DNA from: Trichosphaerium sp. ATCC 40318
Taxonomy: Eukaryota; Protista; Tubulinea
DNA: 64,000 nt
Assembly: GCA_038496445.1 (NCBI GenBank)
Contig: JALMLS010000421.1
Coordinates: 62,001-126,000 of the forward strand
Direction of reading: 5' to 3'
A model generated the notes under the pieces. The model did not search any database and had not been told where the DNA came from. It worked only from the letters and a program-made list of their open reading frames with translations. A program made the translations under genes and the position numbers. Positions 38,031-52,964 of the stretch are shown piece after piece (within the stretch, counting starts at the first letter, position 1; every line of letters starts with the position of its first letter).

Positions 38031-38491
38031 ATTTTGTTTATCTGGTTTAAAGAATATGGGTGACTACCCGACTTATTTTACACGCAGTTACCCGAATTAC
38101 AGTTGCTGTCTCTGTTTGTTGGTTTAACTACCCATTACTATTGTTTAGCTTGACATTTAGTGTCAGAAGTCGTTAACGAAACGGCTACGTGGTGGTTTGC
38201 GCCCTACACTTGGTTAGTTCATGTTTTTATAGCGTTCAGGTTTAGATTCACATGTTGCGTTAGCAAACGTTTACGCTTGTAAATTATAGTGTCCTGTTGT
38301 TATGGTTGTACCACAGAACGAACTTTCTAATTGTTTATTGGCGCCTATTGCTTATTTCAGCATAGAAATTCTCGAACTTAATGAAAATCTTGTATTGGCA
38401 TTTATTATTGCACCTTTGACTACAAAAAACAGCTTGAGGCATTGTAAGTACCCTTAAAGACATTTGATGTCTCTTTCGCCTACCAGCCGCA

Positions 38492-41400
38492 ATGCCAAAA
38501 CCCTACGCAATGTCTACAAGGTATGTATAGCATTTTAAGAGCGCCTTGCGCCATTTCTAGCAAATGTCCTATCGAATCTGTTGTACCATGTGGGTTGACA
38601 ACGTAAGTGCACTAGCTAGTGGTGCAAGGCAAACGCAAGTAAAGTAAAAAAAGTATACAAACTAGCGTTTTACTCTAAACATGGGTATTTTATCTTCTAT
38701 TGGCTTGTTGAGCGCTCACAGAACCCTTTCAGGGAGCCGAAAACTTTTACAACACAAACACTGTAATATCTCACCTCATTGTAAATCGTAATCATACAAT
38801 GAGCAAAGCGAGTCACTACAAGGAGGCTGTGGCGTTGCAGAATAGTTTTAACAAAATAGGAACGGACCTCATTAATGCGCCTTCCGAAAATCACATAAAC
38901 ATCATGTTAGGTGCGTAGATTTACAAGAGAAACATCTTTTTGGCTTTCCGTTAAGTCTTTTTTAGGGAATGCGATGCATGTAACCTCAAACCTCGTATCT
39001 ATGACGGAGAACTTGACTCATAACGTTGTACGGCATTTGGACAATATTGATCTTTATCGAAACTGAACACCAAACAATAGAACAAATTATTGATGGAACT
39101 TGCTTCATCTACTACGCGCTTTACGAGTACAACGTTTCCAGAATTCCAGCAAAAAATGAAGCAATCAAAAAAACAAAGGCGTCGAAAATCTCCTGCTGAT
39201 GGTGAAACTGGAGCAAAAGAAAGTAAAACAGTTTCAAGTAGTGCTCGTGCAGATACTGAATGGATGGAAAATGAACTAGGTGTACGTTAAGTGTCACAAT
39301 CGGTGTTTTTTTCAGAAGAATGATGATTTTTTTTTGTTTGACTGTTGATCTTTTTTGGTACTAACGTATCTTGTTCTAGTTGGCTGAAACTGAACTCTTA
39401 CAGAAGCTGTTATCTGTGTACACAACGACACATAACTTGTTTGCTCGTGGTGTCATTTTCATGGACGAACTAAGGCCGTCAATAGAATGGTATCAAACAC
39501 GTTTGAATAATGTTCAAGAATCTGTACGGCTTATCACTCCTTCTGGTTGTTGTTATTTTTCTTCGAGTCTTAAACCCTATTAGCTCAAAAAGGGTGAACA
39601 GTTCGTTAGTGACGAAATACCTCCATCACTAAACATGGAGTACGTGTTATCAAGGAAAAGTCTTATTATTTTTCTAAATTACTTTTAGGAATTTACCTAT
39701 TCCTTCTCCTCGGGGTAGATCGATTTCTCGTGACAAGTCGCACATGTCGTTACCACCGTTACGTAATTCTGCACAAGCTGCATCGCCTAGAAAGCGTGGA
39801 GGGGCTCAGGCGAAGACAAAAGGTTACAAGGATTCTAGTAGTCCCGACAAGCCACATCAGCCAAAGAGAGGCTCGTCTAAGAGAGCGGCAGCTATGCGAG
39901 CTGGATATGGCGCAACTCTACCTACATTACCTATAACATCGCATACTGCCAAACCATCCAAAGTAAAGCATGGGGTACCAGTTACAAGCGATGGAAGCGA
40001 TGAGTATGACTATAAATCTTACCAGAGAACAGTAGTAACTGCTTTTAGTGATGTTGCACAAGGTTATGATAGTGCGCGATCAGCAGACACGATTGCCTCC
40101 CATAGAAGTCATACATCAGTTACGCCCGAAGTGACTAATTCAAACAAGTCGGTCACTTCTCCTACTGCTGATGCAGTAAACCTGTACGGCTTTTTTTTTG
40201 GTGCAGATTTTGACGTTATTAAGCGACCTTGGTGACCTCAAAGCATCACATCCTAGTATTGTGTCGCCTTCTGTTGATGTGCGCAAAGTTTTATTGCGTC
40301 TTGTTATATCTGAGCGTGGTTTTGTAAATGACTTGTTGTCTGTTTCTCAGGTACTCCAAAAAACTTTTATGGCTCGCCTACCAAAAAGTTAACTTTTTTG
40401 TAGGTGTACAAACCAGAGATTCTTCAACAAAAGAATATACTACGCTCAGCACAAGATGCTGACCTTTTGTTCTCAAATAGTCACGAATTACTTGAAGTAC
40501 ATAATCAGCTATGGAGGAATTTCGAGCAGCTCTTAGAGGTAAGGATAGAAAATGTTCTTTTTTGTTTTTAAAGTTTCTTTCGTGCTAACGCTGTTGTGTT
40601 TTTCTTTAGTCCACTAAAGAATCAACAGATCCAGAGAGCCTTGATATTGGTGCTATTTTCTTGTTGCATGGTCAAGCGCTTATGAATGTTTATCCTAAAT
40701 ACCACGCAAATGCACCAAGGAGTAGGCAGTGTCTTGATGATTATATGAAGAAGAGTAAAAAGTTTAGAGATTTACTTGCTAGTTGTGAGATGCGTGAAGG
40801 TGTTAAAGGGTTACAGAACATAATGGCATTGCCGTTAGCACGATTGGGTTACTATAAGGACATTTTGAAGGTAGTCCGTCACTTGTTGAGTTTTAAACTA
40901 AATTCTTAAGCGTGCTTTGGAAAATACACAAGAAAATAGTAACGCTCATGCAATGATGTTTGATGCTCTTGCTAAGATTAAAGATATTGAAGAACTCATT
41001 GAAGAGAAAGTTCATGCTGCCGAGTCGTTGAATGTCCTTAGTAGCCTTCAAGCGAGGATACCAGGTTTACAGGTTCGTTGTTTTTTAACGTTGTCTAAAT
41101 ATTGTATTCTTAACCTAACATCCTTTTTTATTAGATTAGCTTGGTAAGACCTGGAAGGCAGTTCTTAAGAAGTCAATCTGTTGTATCTGTTGTGATAACA
41201 GGCTCTACTATGAATAATTTTGGTGAAGATGGAAATGCCAAGAAAGTGAAGTCAGATAAACATCCTGACTTTGTATTTTTGTTTAGGTATCGTTGTTATT
41301 GATATATCTTTTTTTCGTTGTTTGCCATGTTGAAAGGACTTACCTTTGTTGTAGTGATATTCTTGTGTATACACGTCACAGACAAGGTCAACATCGTGAA

Positions 41401-43592
41401 GCTGGATATGTTGAACTCCATACAGTACATTTACAACCTTCTAGTAATCCACGTAAGAATTGCCCTTTTTTTTTGTCGTTACTTATGTCATGTTAGTTTC
41501 TTTTGCACTTGTTTCTATAGATGAAGGTTTTGACTATACTATTAATTTTGCAACAAAGAAAGATAGAGAGCTTGCAGAACAGACAATTCTGAATATATTA
41601 GCAAAGCTTATAGACAGGAAAGGTAATAATAGCTTTTATGAACATTTTTCTCTTTTGAACTAAACAGTTTTTTTTTGTAAGTGTTCGACACACCTCTCAA
41701 GACATTGGTTGAGCGTGCTGGTCCTGATTACGATATTCCAGTATTCCTTGAGAGCACATGTAAATATATCGTTGAAGAAGGCACGTGGTTTATTATTTTT
41801 TATCACGTGATAGTTATATTTCGTGTTTTTTTGATGTTTTCGTTTTGGTTATGTTGTACTTATTTCTTGTTTTGTTAGGAATACACATGGAAGGTATTTT
41901 TAGAAAATCTGGGTTGAAGATGAATATCCAAGAGTTAAAGAGTCGTGTTGACTCTTCTGACTTTATATTTGATGCTGGAGACGAGCGGGTAACACCACAT
42001 AATGTTGCTGGTTTGTTGAAGCTATGGCTGAGAGAGCTTCCTCAGTCTTTGAGTGTTTTTGATCTCTATCATCGATTTTTGGCAATGCTAAGTACGTTAT
42101 TATCAATACAGTAACTATAATGCTTATTCAGTATATAGATATTGCAGATTTAAAGACGAGAGCAGCATATGCATGTAAATTGGTTCAACAGATGCCTTTT
42201 GAGAATAGGTATAAAGTTATTCAAAATTTCTTTTACTCTTTTTTATTGTTTACTATTTGTGGTCGTCTTGTATTCTTCCTTCTATTATGTTGAGTGAAAA
42301 ACCCCCGTGGATAATTAGTATCTATCTATACAAAATCTCATTGGAAGTCACGTTTGACACCACGTGCTTTGCAAGACTTTTTTCCTTTCGACCTGTTTTT
42401 AGCTGATTTTTTTTTTTTTTAGGGCGTCAATGCAACACTTATTTAAAACGTTGGTGGCTATTGCTAGCAACTCTGACGAGAATCTTATGGTTCCAAAAAA
42501 TCTTGCAATTGTTATGGGACCTAATGTATTTCGTCGGCGACCTACCAAGATAGACTTCGAAAAAGTTGATGAAGCAACGCAGGACAAACATGTTGTAAGT
42601 TATCTCATATTTTTCTCCCTACGTTTTTTTTTGTTTGCTAAAGATTTTATTAGAGCGAGGCTTTAGCTTCTGCTATGCTTATGGATCCTGCTAGTCTTGC
42701 TAAAGTAGGCGCAGTTACAGAGTTTTTCATTACACATTATGATGCTATATGGCATGAGACTGAAGTTGAGAGAGCAAACAGGAAGACACTGCGACAAGAG
42801 CAAAAGGCTCAATTGTTACATGAAGATAAAAAGATTAAGGCTGAGTATGCTAAAAAGATTGAACGTGCTAAGGACTTGGAAAGTGGATTGAATCCAGTAA
42901 AAGCTGAGTTGTTACCAACCCTCGGTAAAGTTGTTTGTCAGGTACCTTTTTTTTCTCATTTGCGATTGTTTTTGCTTTCCAAGCTTTGTGGTTGGCTGTG
43001 GTGGCTTTTTTATCGCTTCAGTACATTTATGCTGTTATAAACGTGCGGTAATCTTTATTGGTTGGTGTAACGGCATATTGTGCTTGGTTGTGGCCCAAGA
43101 AATGGTTTTTCGGAGATTTTTTGGCTCATTTTTTTTGGTGTTAATTGTTGGTTCTTTGCAGGGATTCTTAAAGTTGAAAACAAAGAAAACATGGTCTTCT
43201 TATTGGTTTATTTTGAAATACTCTTCGTTGTCTTATTTTAAAGGACAAAAAGTACGTTCTTTGAATGAAACCTCGTTTGAATTGACTCTTTCTGTTGGTT
43301 CGTTTTTCTGATTTTCTCTGTTAGGATATAAAGCCTAAAGGCAGGATACAACTACATAATAGCGTACTAGGTAAATCAACAGAAAAAACACATTGTATTG
43401 TACTCTCTGTTGAGGGTAAAGCGTATTTGTTGGTAAGTTTATGTTTTTCAAAAAGTAAGAAAAGGATTATGAGTACTCATACTTGTTTTTTCTCCCTTCT
43501 AGGCCACTCGAAGTAGTAGTGATATGGAAGTATGGTGGAAGGCTTTAGAATCTTGTATTGAGCAAGATATGGCTCATGACTCTTCAGAGTGA
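38492..43592 (+). CDS. Multidomain Rho regulator: BAR-like, DH (RhoGEF), PH, RhoGAP, PH (start approximate)
   Basis: LVISERGFVNDL and IMALPLARLGYY (DH); EGIFRKSG, VAGLLKLWLRELP and NLMVPKNLAIVMGPNVF (RhoGAP with Arg finger); GFLKLKTKKTWSSYWFILK (PH). Confidence 0.85.
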
Positions 43593-44429
43593 GAAGAACG
43601 AAGAGAAGAGGATTATCTCTTTTTTTTCTTATTTTCAACTTCTTTGATTGCTGTTGTCTGGATGTTGACCTTATTTAACCTCCTCATTGATCAATTTATC
43701 AACAAACCAAAAAAAAAAAACCACCACCCCGAAATGAGGGTAATTTGTAAAGTAAAAAAAAACCCAACTTGGAAAAACATTTACGATTTTGTACACGTTT
43801 TTCGTATGTCGGCATAACAGATTATTACAACCTTTGTTTTCTCTCAAGACTCCTTTGCATACTTAGAGCTACAGTAAAGTCAAGACGTTTACCATACCAA
43901 CCAAGGTCCAAGCAATGAGGTAAGAAGTCAATACCACAAAAAAAAAAAAGAAAGTGTATTTGTGTAAAGAAAGAACAAAAATAATCACTTGACAAAACAA
44001 GTTGATGTTAGGTAGCATGCACTTATTTTTTTAAACGAGTGTTCGCAAGTTCTTTTTTGCGTATCGAACCTTTGTGCCCGTCACATTAATCAATTTAGCG
44101 AAAAGTATTGCCACTGTTTTCTGTAATAATCTATTTCCGTAATAGACACTTAAGTTATAAAGCTATTGACTGCTAGAATAAATAAAGCGATAAGTGCATA
44201 CAGCAGCTTCTGATGTCAAAAGACGCAGAACTCGAAAATCAAAGGTAATTACAACAGTGTCCAATCTGACTAGGCATCATACGCTTATTTACGCGTAGAA
44301 AAGTAGAAAGCAAGTAAGTGATTTGTTTTATTCTTTGGATACATACACTACGTGGGTTAGGTTTAATGTTGTTTTAAAAGGTGACAGACATTCAAACTAT
44401 TTTGTTTTTTGATGCACGCGAATCATAGC

Positions 44430-44915
44430 CAATGATCTTCTATTGGTGTACCATCTTTGGACCATACCTTGGGTTCACCTTGTACTCGATCATCAACCAT
44501 TGTGGCTTTTTCCGAGAGTTGACCATGCCATTTGAAAAACTCACATTTCCATCAACATATACTAACTTTGCTGTAAAAGCTGCCCATTTGCATGCCATGC
44601 TTTGCACACACCATTTTCTATATTGCTAATGAGTATACCCTCAAACATTATTTGTCCTTTGATATTCCATTGTTTGTATTCACCTTGCTTGTCATCAACG
44701 TATGAATGAATGAATGTTTTGTTTATTAAGTCTACGCCTAAATTTAAGACATAATTTTGGGTAGCTGTTTTTCATCAACGTATGTCTGTTGACTTAAGGT
44801 TGCCCGTTTATATGCCACTCCTTAGTATCACCAGTTGTTTATTTTCAAAGTACATACCTTGGTGCTTAATTTATCCGTTTATATGCCATTCTCTGTATTC
44901 ACCATGTGTTTTATC
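44430..44915 (-). pseudogene. Decayed MORN/YwqK-repeat gene
   Basis: Minus-strand GEYREWHING*, GDTKEWHINGQP*, GEYKQWNIKGQ and NGVCKAWHANGQL, interrupted by stops and frameshifts. Confidence 0.7.
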
Positions 44916-44917
44916 AT

Positions 44918-46264
44918 CTAACACTTTAGTTTGAAGCTCCAGTTCAGCGTTGTTTCTGCGTACTTTATTTCGGTTTGAACTTCCGTTGACTCAATCATTC
45001 GGCGAACGGTATTTTTTGTTTTGTTGAAGTTGCGAAGTTGCTCATCTTTAGGATTCAAAAGGTCTTTAAATGACGGTCTACAGGTGGTATATTCTATCCA
45101 CAAAAGTTACACTTTTATTTAGTATTTACAAGCCATTGTCACGTTCTCATTAAGTAAAATCGTCTCCATGCGCGATATGCATAAATAGAAGTTGTTAATG
45201 CAAATGTTAATGTAGATAATATCCATATCAAGTAACCACTACCTGTTACTATACCACCAGTAGTCGTATTTCCTATCAAAAAAAAAGTGAGTTTTTGGTT
45301 TAAAAAGTTTCAAAATATTAGTCACCAGCATGATTGAAATATCATTTGTTAGATTAAATAGAAATTAAAAAGCAACGGTATACTTATGTTTAAATATATA
45401 AACCTTCAAAAGGTACATACTGAACGAAGACTTCGAAAAATGGATGTTTTTAGTAGAGGACTATGATTTGTTTTTTTTTCCGATCCGAACTTTTTTTGCG
45501 TACCTTGTCCAAGTAATACCTGACCATATACAGTCACACCAAATGCTAAAGTTCGGACAATCAAATCAGTTGTTTTGCATATAATTATAATATACCCATC
45601 CTTCACGTCACTCTTTCTTTGTTTCAAAATTAAAAATACAATAATAGCAAAGACTTCAGTAGCAATGCAAGCCAAAAAGCCAAAAACAATATCAACAAGT
45701 GACAACGTGAATAATACAAGTGTAAATGCCTTATAACTCTCAGGTATTCTAGGACGCTTCCAACGTACACTAGTCGTAGCTAGGAAAAGAAGTGAGAATA
45801 CACTTGGCATGTGATAAGAAAGGAGACTTACTTTGCGTTTTTGTATCTATTTTGGTTCCAGATGCTGTATGAAAACTAATTCTAGCTGCATCCTCAGCTG
45901 TTGCATTATTGTCTACAGGTTCATTTATATTGTGGTGTCCTAGTGTAGATTCTTCTGTGTAGCTCGTCATAGTATAGCTTGCACCACTGCTACACAAATC
46001 GATTAGTTTTCCTAAAGGTGAAATAGCTTTTAGTTACTTTTTTGTTTCTAGTGTTCTTCTTGATTCATTTGTGATATAAATGGGAGCCGCTGAAGAAATT
46101 CTTGGAGGTGCTATAGACTCTATACTAGTACTAGAGTCATGATCTATGTAAATTGCTTGGTCGTTGTCCACTGGTGAATCTTGTACGAAAGGTCAAGAAA
46201 AGTGAATGTCGTTTGACTTCACCACGTGCGTGTATGAGAAATAATTCAGCGTACCTACGATCAT
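44918..46264 (-). CDS. Multi-exon multi-pass membrane protein of unknown family
   Basis: Ser/Thr-rich N-terminal exons followed by hydrophobic helices (45406-45810) and a polar tail (44918-45103). Confidence 0.55.
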
Positions 46265-46699
46265 TTATTAAGGATACAGTGTGATCCTTTACTTCCACAC
46301 CAGGGTTTTTCTACCTTGATATCTCGCTGTATTGTCGCCGATAAATGCCAATATTTGTTGATCGCTTTGTGATGGTAGTTTTTTGTTTGTTACTTTGTTT
46401 TTCTTACCGTTGTCTGCTATTCGTTAAATTAGAGTTAAACTTCCTTAATACTGAGCAAAAAAATCTCCTCGATAAAGGGTTGTGATCGCTAGCAATCAAT
46501 TAAGAAATAAAAAGAAAAATCAAAGGAAAAAAGTTGACATCATGTGATGAACAAAACCTGCTTTTGGAAGTGAGAACGAGATTCTTCGATTGGTTTAAAT
46601 ATAAACAAGTGCTTTTACACTTACCTTAATGGAGTAGGTGATCGTTATTCCTTATTTGGCGCCACAAGACCATCGTTGACAGGGCAATAAATTAGCCTG

Positions 46700-48528
46700 A
46701 TGAAGATAAACGCAAAAAACGTGCCCTTCTTTTTTCTCACGCAGAAATATAACTAGTTCGTTTGCAGGCGGTTATTGGCGGCGTATTATACCAAAATCAC
46801 TCGATAAGCGTAAATGAGAAAGGATTAATATGTGACATCAAAAAAACAACACGTGACGATAACTCAGAAAACGTGTTGACGTAAAAACAGAGTTAGATTG
46901 TTTATTATATCTTCTAAGCCATTTTAGTGCTGCATGGGCTATACCGGGGTTTGTGGGTGCGTAGAAACTCATCACACTGCGTAAACGGACTAAATACTGA
47001 TGTGTCGCTAAGATATACATTGCCATGGTTTTGGTGGATCAGCCTCTGTCATTGAGGTACGTTGACATCTGATTTCGAGTGCGAGTTTTAAGTTAAAACC
47101 AAGTACTGGACAAACCCGTCTTACACAACAAAAAGAGCAGTAAAAGAGGGTACAACATCGATGTTAGCATCTATAGTATTTCCTTCAGAAGTAACAGCGT
47201 ATGAGAATATCATTGATTGCCTGAAGAAGCGCTGCGGCAAGGCATGAGGCAGTTGATAGTTTGTTTACCATTTTTAAATTTTTAGGTTGTTGAAGGTGAA
47301 TCGGTAATAGAAGGCATTCATGCCGAGGGCCCAATTATACGGTATCATTGATGGTTAAACATTTAAGTATTCTAATTTGGCTAGTACTTTAGGTGGTTTA
47401 CCAAAAGGGGATAATGATATGGCGCTTGAAGACTTTAAAAATGTACTAACTATGCTTATTTATTGTTGGTTTTTTATGTTTAAGTAGCTTGTTGATAGTA
47501 TGAAACCTCACTTGAAAGTAATGAGTAAGTACAATATATAGGGGATTAGTGTACCTTACTGGGTTATTAAAAGCTATATCGCCCTCACGAGAATCAACTT
47601 GCGGATTCAAACGGATGGAATACTTGATAGACAACGGAATTGTTCCAGGTATTTTTGACAAAGCCCGAATGCTTCATCCAAAACCAACTAAGAGTAGCCA
47701 TCGGCCATGATCTTGAGGCAACGGAAGATGATATTTTAGGATGCCTTGAGCTTGCTAAATCAAAAGAAAGTCGTGTTCACATGACACATTTATTCAACGT
47801 TTCAAAATTTCATCATAGAAATGTTAGGTAACAATACCTTTTTTCTCACTTCTACAAACACGTGTTCTTATATTTTTCTTAGTCTTGTTAATTTCGGGTT
47901 ACTATCATCCTTGCCTCAGGGAGACAAGTATGCTAACGTTGTACTACCTACTATAGAGGTGCCTGCAATCATTTTTTGTGTTTCTAAAAGGGGTTTTAAT
48001 ACAGCTTATTGGTGACTTGGTTCACCTTCATCCTATCACTATTCACTTGGCTTTACAATCAAGAAACCCAACGAATATTTGTTTTATAACAGATGCAATA
48101 ACAGATCCTTGTTGTGGAGAGTACGCCGAAAATACAAAATCATTTTGATCGTCATCTAACCTTTTTTTTAAAGCCAAGCTATTGAATATGGTAACAGGCA
48201 TCTTGAGGTCAAAGATGGTCGTGTTGTATTGAAAGGAACGGATACAATTGCTGGTTCGTCTTGTAGCATGTTAGATGTCTTTAAAAACTTGGTACACATC
48301 ATTAATCTTACGACAACCGATTTTGACAATCCGTAATAGGTACAGACTCTTGGAGTTTCAGTTGTTGATGCTTGTCAAATGTGTTGTACAACTCCTGCAA
48401 AGGTCGCTGGAATACAAGATGTTGGCACCATAACGATTGGTAATAGAGCCGATGTTGTACTCCTAGATGATGATTTTACTGTTGTTTGTACTATTGTAAA
48501 CGGGCGTGTAGCATACAAGAAAGAATGA
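46700..48528 (+). CDS. nagA: N-acetylglucosamine-6-phosphate deacetylase (NagA/AMDHD2 family)
   Basis: IPGFV|DIHCHGFGG, GTTS, GIHAEGP, AIGH, THLFN, LIGDLVHLHP, FITDA, TIAGS and TPAK...G.RADVV. Confidence 0.92.
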
Positions 48529-49620
48529 ACATTTTAAACTTACTGGTGACAACTGTTAATCACAGTTTGAAATTTAGTTTATATTTCAGTACAATGTGTA
48601 AAAGGGGTACTGGTGTATTGTTTGTACTATCTTAAGTAAGTCTTTCTGGACCATAGAGAACTCTCGCTATTATGTAATTTACAGCAAATGAACCACAAGT
48701 TAGCAACAGTAATTGCCTGCAGTACTTGTATTGTCCTTACTTCTCAAATTGTGGATCCTTAAATTTATTAAAGGAAAGTTTGAGCGTATTATTTGAATTA
48801 CAGCTTTGTTTCCTAGAGGTGAGGGTTTTTGGTGTAAGTCCGTAACTGAGTGTTTTATTATTTTGTACTTGATGGTCTATAAGACAAAGAACAAACTAGT
48901 CACCTTTGATAAAGTGGTTTTGTTTGGCAGTACAGTTTACAAGTTTACCACTTGGAAACCTTGTAGTTTACTTGGTTCAAAAAAGCTGAATACCCACATA
49001 GGACAGGGTTTTGCGTGGCCTTGCTACAAAATAGATCTGCTGGAATTTTTTTTTGAAATATAAAATTTCCTCAGCTGCGTCAATTACAAAGTTACAACAA
49101 TAAAACAAGTGCTTGACGCAAAAACTCTGAACTAGTTCGACAAGTCCTTTGACTTACCTAGAAAAATGGCTTTGTTCAGATCTCCCACAACACCAACAGG
49201 GTATGCTCATTAGTTGTTCAACTCATACTTCTATCACGTGACTGAATTAACTCTGTATAGAAACCAAAAAATCCATTAGATGTCCTGTGCGAATGAAAGA
49301 ATGCAATGATATCGTGGCAACAGTGTTGTAAGCTTTAAAACAGCTTCTGGGGGAAAAACGAGTCAAAACCTCAAAAAACTTGTAAAAGTTCTGTTATTCT
49401 ACCTTGCGGGTTTAAAACTCACGCAAAAAGTAAGGTCTGTACTATTCGTGTAAGAGTTAGAAGAAATATACTTTTGTTCAATGAATTTTGAGTTAATAAC
49501 GGGACCTTAATAACATGCACAACTTGAGAAGTAAGGACAATAACAAAATGGCAAGAACCAAATACATTGTTACTATTCATGGAAATAATTGCAGTAGCTT
49601 TAGCCCTAACAATAAGTTTA

Positions 49621-51418
49621 TTAAGAGTTCATATCTTTATAATCTTGCTCGGATTCAAGAGGGTTTGCTGTGGTTGTAAGAAGGTTAGGGAACCAACTTG
49701 TATCATTTTTTGTGACAGTTCCTTCTGCGACTTGATATTTGAATTTCCTAATTCTCAGTAAGGATCATCTACTTGACACTTAGACTTTGTCTCTTCAAGT
49801 ACCTATATATATTTTTTGCTGGGCCACAAAGCATTCTCACTGTTATGAAATCTACAGTCAATGAAGCAAAAGCAAGCAAAGCAAATGCTGAAACAATTGT
49901 CAACAGCAGTTCCTGACAAATAAGAATTCGGATTAATAAGATGGTTGGTTTTGGAAAGTACCATGAGTGAAAAAGCTGCGCATTCACCAATTTGTATGAC
50001 ATGTATGCGAATACCATGTCTGTTTAGTACTTCCATTGACCTCATATCCTACAAAACGGTGAGTATAAGTTCAATTCCTATACCTTGGAATACGCACAGA
50101 AGAGTACAATGGTTGTTCAGTTTTGAACTTTGTATCTGGTACAAGAAAAGCTTTGTACGTGTATTGAAACCGATTGAGATTAAACGAGAATGTGTTTTTA
50201 TACTCAATGAATATTACAAGTACAAGACCCTATGTAGACACAAATAAGTATATACATTAGTCAGCATAAAATGAGATGTTAGTACGTTATCTCTCATTGT
50301 TCTATCTGATCTCTCAGTTGATGGTTCTTCAAGAGAATCCAGACCAGCTGACTTTAGAAGATACCCTAGTTCTATAATATCGTATTTGCCAACTGTTCCT
50401 AAGATTGAAGGAGGAGGAAGATAAGTGATGTATTTTCCTTCATGATTTCTAAGTCTTCCAGGAAGATCGTTTGCGTTACTACCACAAAGTTAGAAACAAA
50501 TCACGTGAGATTGGTAATTTAATGAGAAAAGTCAAATATTGAGAACCACGTGCTATTGAATATCAAGCCGAGAGCATGTGACACTATGGTCGATGAGTAG
50601 CTGTGGATAAGTCATAAGAATATGGAGAATGAGAAAGAAAGCTTACAGTGAATTCTTCAACACCTGCAATGTAGAACTTAGACTTTGATACATTTCCATA
50701 ATTACATCCATATTCGGTCATTGAACAATTTGGAGGAAGGTTGTAAGTTTCTTTTGTTACTCTTGTCGCTGCAAGCATACCATGATCCTACTGAAGGTTG
50801 ACAAATGCGCTCTAACCTGCTGGCAAAAGGAATAAAAACGCACTTCAAGAACAGGATATACAACAAGCGAAGCCGGCCAATATTTACATCTAAATTCATA
50901 TTTAGAAGTGCTTCTTAATAATAAGGTGATAGGTATCCTTACACGAAATTCTGAAATCCGCCATGAGAGGAATTTGAGTGTTGTAAGCAGTAGGTCAACT
51001 GAAAAAAATTATCTCGGGTTTTTTATGTCATAAACGGTTGTACATTTTCGGCACGTGTCCTGACGCCTGGCGGCGATCTACCTTCTGGTTCTAACAGAGA
51101 AATACGGACTGTTCTATTTGATTTTATGTTAATAAGTTAAAGTACAAACCCAGTACCCCACAGGCGCTTCTCTGGTCAAATATCGCTTTTGATACACTAT
51201 CTGGAGATACCTTATCAGCGTTTAGATTTGTAAGTTTGTCTCTTGCCTGATAACCCACAATATACAATAAAATGCCCGTGAGGCATGTATAATACAGTAT
51301 ACCAACGCGCCAGTCTCGTACAATAACTACTTTACTTGTACTGTAAGACAAAAGAAAATCTGGTAAATATTAGCACGTGATTTGATGTTTGCGTAACTTT
51401 CGTACTCCAGTTTACCAT
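49621..51418 (-). CDS. P2X receptor, Dictyostelium-type, copy 1
   Basis: SYSTSKVVIVRDWRVGILYY, FYIAGVEEFT|LLIDH, RHGIRIHVIQIG and LLLTIVSAFALL. Confidence 0.9.
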
Positions 51419-51670
51419 TCGCGCATCAGTTGATCTTTTCTAAAGCCTAAAACGTATTTTGTGTAACACGAAAGTCGCCTTGAAGTCATGAACTAAATGT
51501 AAGAAAATTCTTTGATACCGGTCAAGATATACGAAAGCAATTTAACGTCTTCGGCGCTTCTTTTACCAAGGCCTAAACGTAGTGTGTACAGCCAAGTTTT
51601 ATTGGTGCAAACCGCATAAATCGCACCTATTAAGGACGGGCAAGGCAGTGGCGGTAACCATAAAGAAGAA

Positions 51671-52462
51671 ATGGAGTCTGAGGCAAAAAGCGCCAAGAAG
51701 CAATTCAAAGAAGACGTCATAGTTGTTAAACTATTCCCTTCGTTATCTCCAAGCGAGCCAATAGATATTCCGGAAGATCAATACGTAAGCAACAAAGTAC
51801 TATCGATATTGGATATATTTATATCGATAATGCAATTTCTTGAACCACGTGATGTTATTCTTAATGTAGGATCTTTAAATAAGTTCTATAGGTTCATAGT
51901 ATTCTCCTCATCAATAAATAGCATCTGGCACGTCATGTATAGTACACGTTTCGTAGGGGAAGCCAAAGGAAGAATGTTAACAAAGCCAATTTGTGGTTGC
52001 TGGTTTACAACCTATGTTAACCTCATGGCACCTTACCTTGAGCATGAATTTGAGTGGGACAACATGATTATAGAGGATGACGGAGAAATGTCTCTCACAG
52101 TTAACTTCATGGGCGAGGCAAACTGGTTTGCGTGGTGTGAGGGATGGAGTCATGAGGATTGGTTGGCATCTAACACATTGAGTGGAAGTGGTACTTTGTT
52201 TTTCACAGAAAAGAAAGGAGTTGCTATTGTAACAGGAAATGAACTTATGAGGTATGGATCAAAGACAAGAATTAGCAACAATGAGGAATATGAGGGTTCA
52301 GAAGGCGTACTTACAGAGCGTAATTATGAAGTGTCTTCTAATATTGAAGTAATTGAACAAGAATATAGCTCAAAGGTCACAATTAAGCTTGACCCAAGCT
52401 CCTTCATTTTAGAAACAAGTGATTCTTTAGTTCATGACATAAACTACAATATGGAGTACTAG
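51671..52462 (+). CDS. Intronless F-box protein with an acidic C-terminal domain of unknown family
   Basis: LDIFISIMQFLEPRDVILNVGSLNKFY...IWHVMYSTRF is F-box-like. Confidence 0.7.
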   Translation: MESEAKSAKKQFKEDVIVVKLFPSLSPSEPIDIPEDQYVSNKVLSILDIFISIMQFLEPRDVILNVGSLNKFYRFIVFSSSINSIWHVMYSTRFVGEAKGRMLTKPICGCWFTTYVNLMAPYLEHEFEWDNMIIEDDGEMSLTVNFMGEANWFAWCEGWSHEDWLASNTLSGSGTLFFTEKKGVAIVTGNELMRYGSKTRISNNEEYEGSEGVLTERNYEVSSNIEVIEQEYSSKVTIKLDPSSFILETSDSLVHDINYNMEY

Positions 52463-52964
52463 CAAATAAGATAACATAACGCCATAAACAACCACATTTT
52501 TTAACGGATTATATATGAGTTTACAAGTTGGTTATTTGTGTAGTCAAGGTTTCGACCTGTAGTAGTATCAAACATAGCAACATTGATATGCTTCATAATC
52601 TTCCATGGTTTTCCGTTAACATAGAAGTAATAATTTTGTAGGAACCTTATCTCGTTATGCCACTTCCACACTGATGATAAATACTCTCCCTCTAGTTCGC
52701 CCTTATTATACTAACAGTGTTTCTTCAGTACGAAATAGTCATATTCTGTATACTGCATGATCCAGTTTGCACCAAAGTGCTTTTGCTTATTTTCTATTAA
52801 GGCAAACTGGCAATCTGTCTTTTTCTCTTTTTTGGTGATTACTGCCGTTGGCGCTAATTATAACGTTGACCTTTAAGCAGGTTTATGGCTTATCTGAGAC
52901 TACAAAGTGACTTTCGTGTGTAACAAAATACTTATGTTGCTGAAGAAAAGATCAAGGCGTGTGA

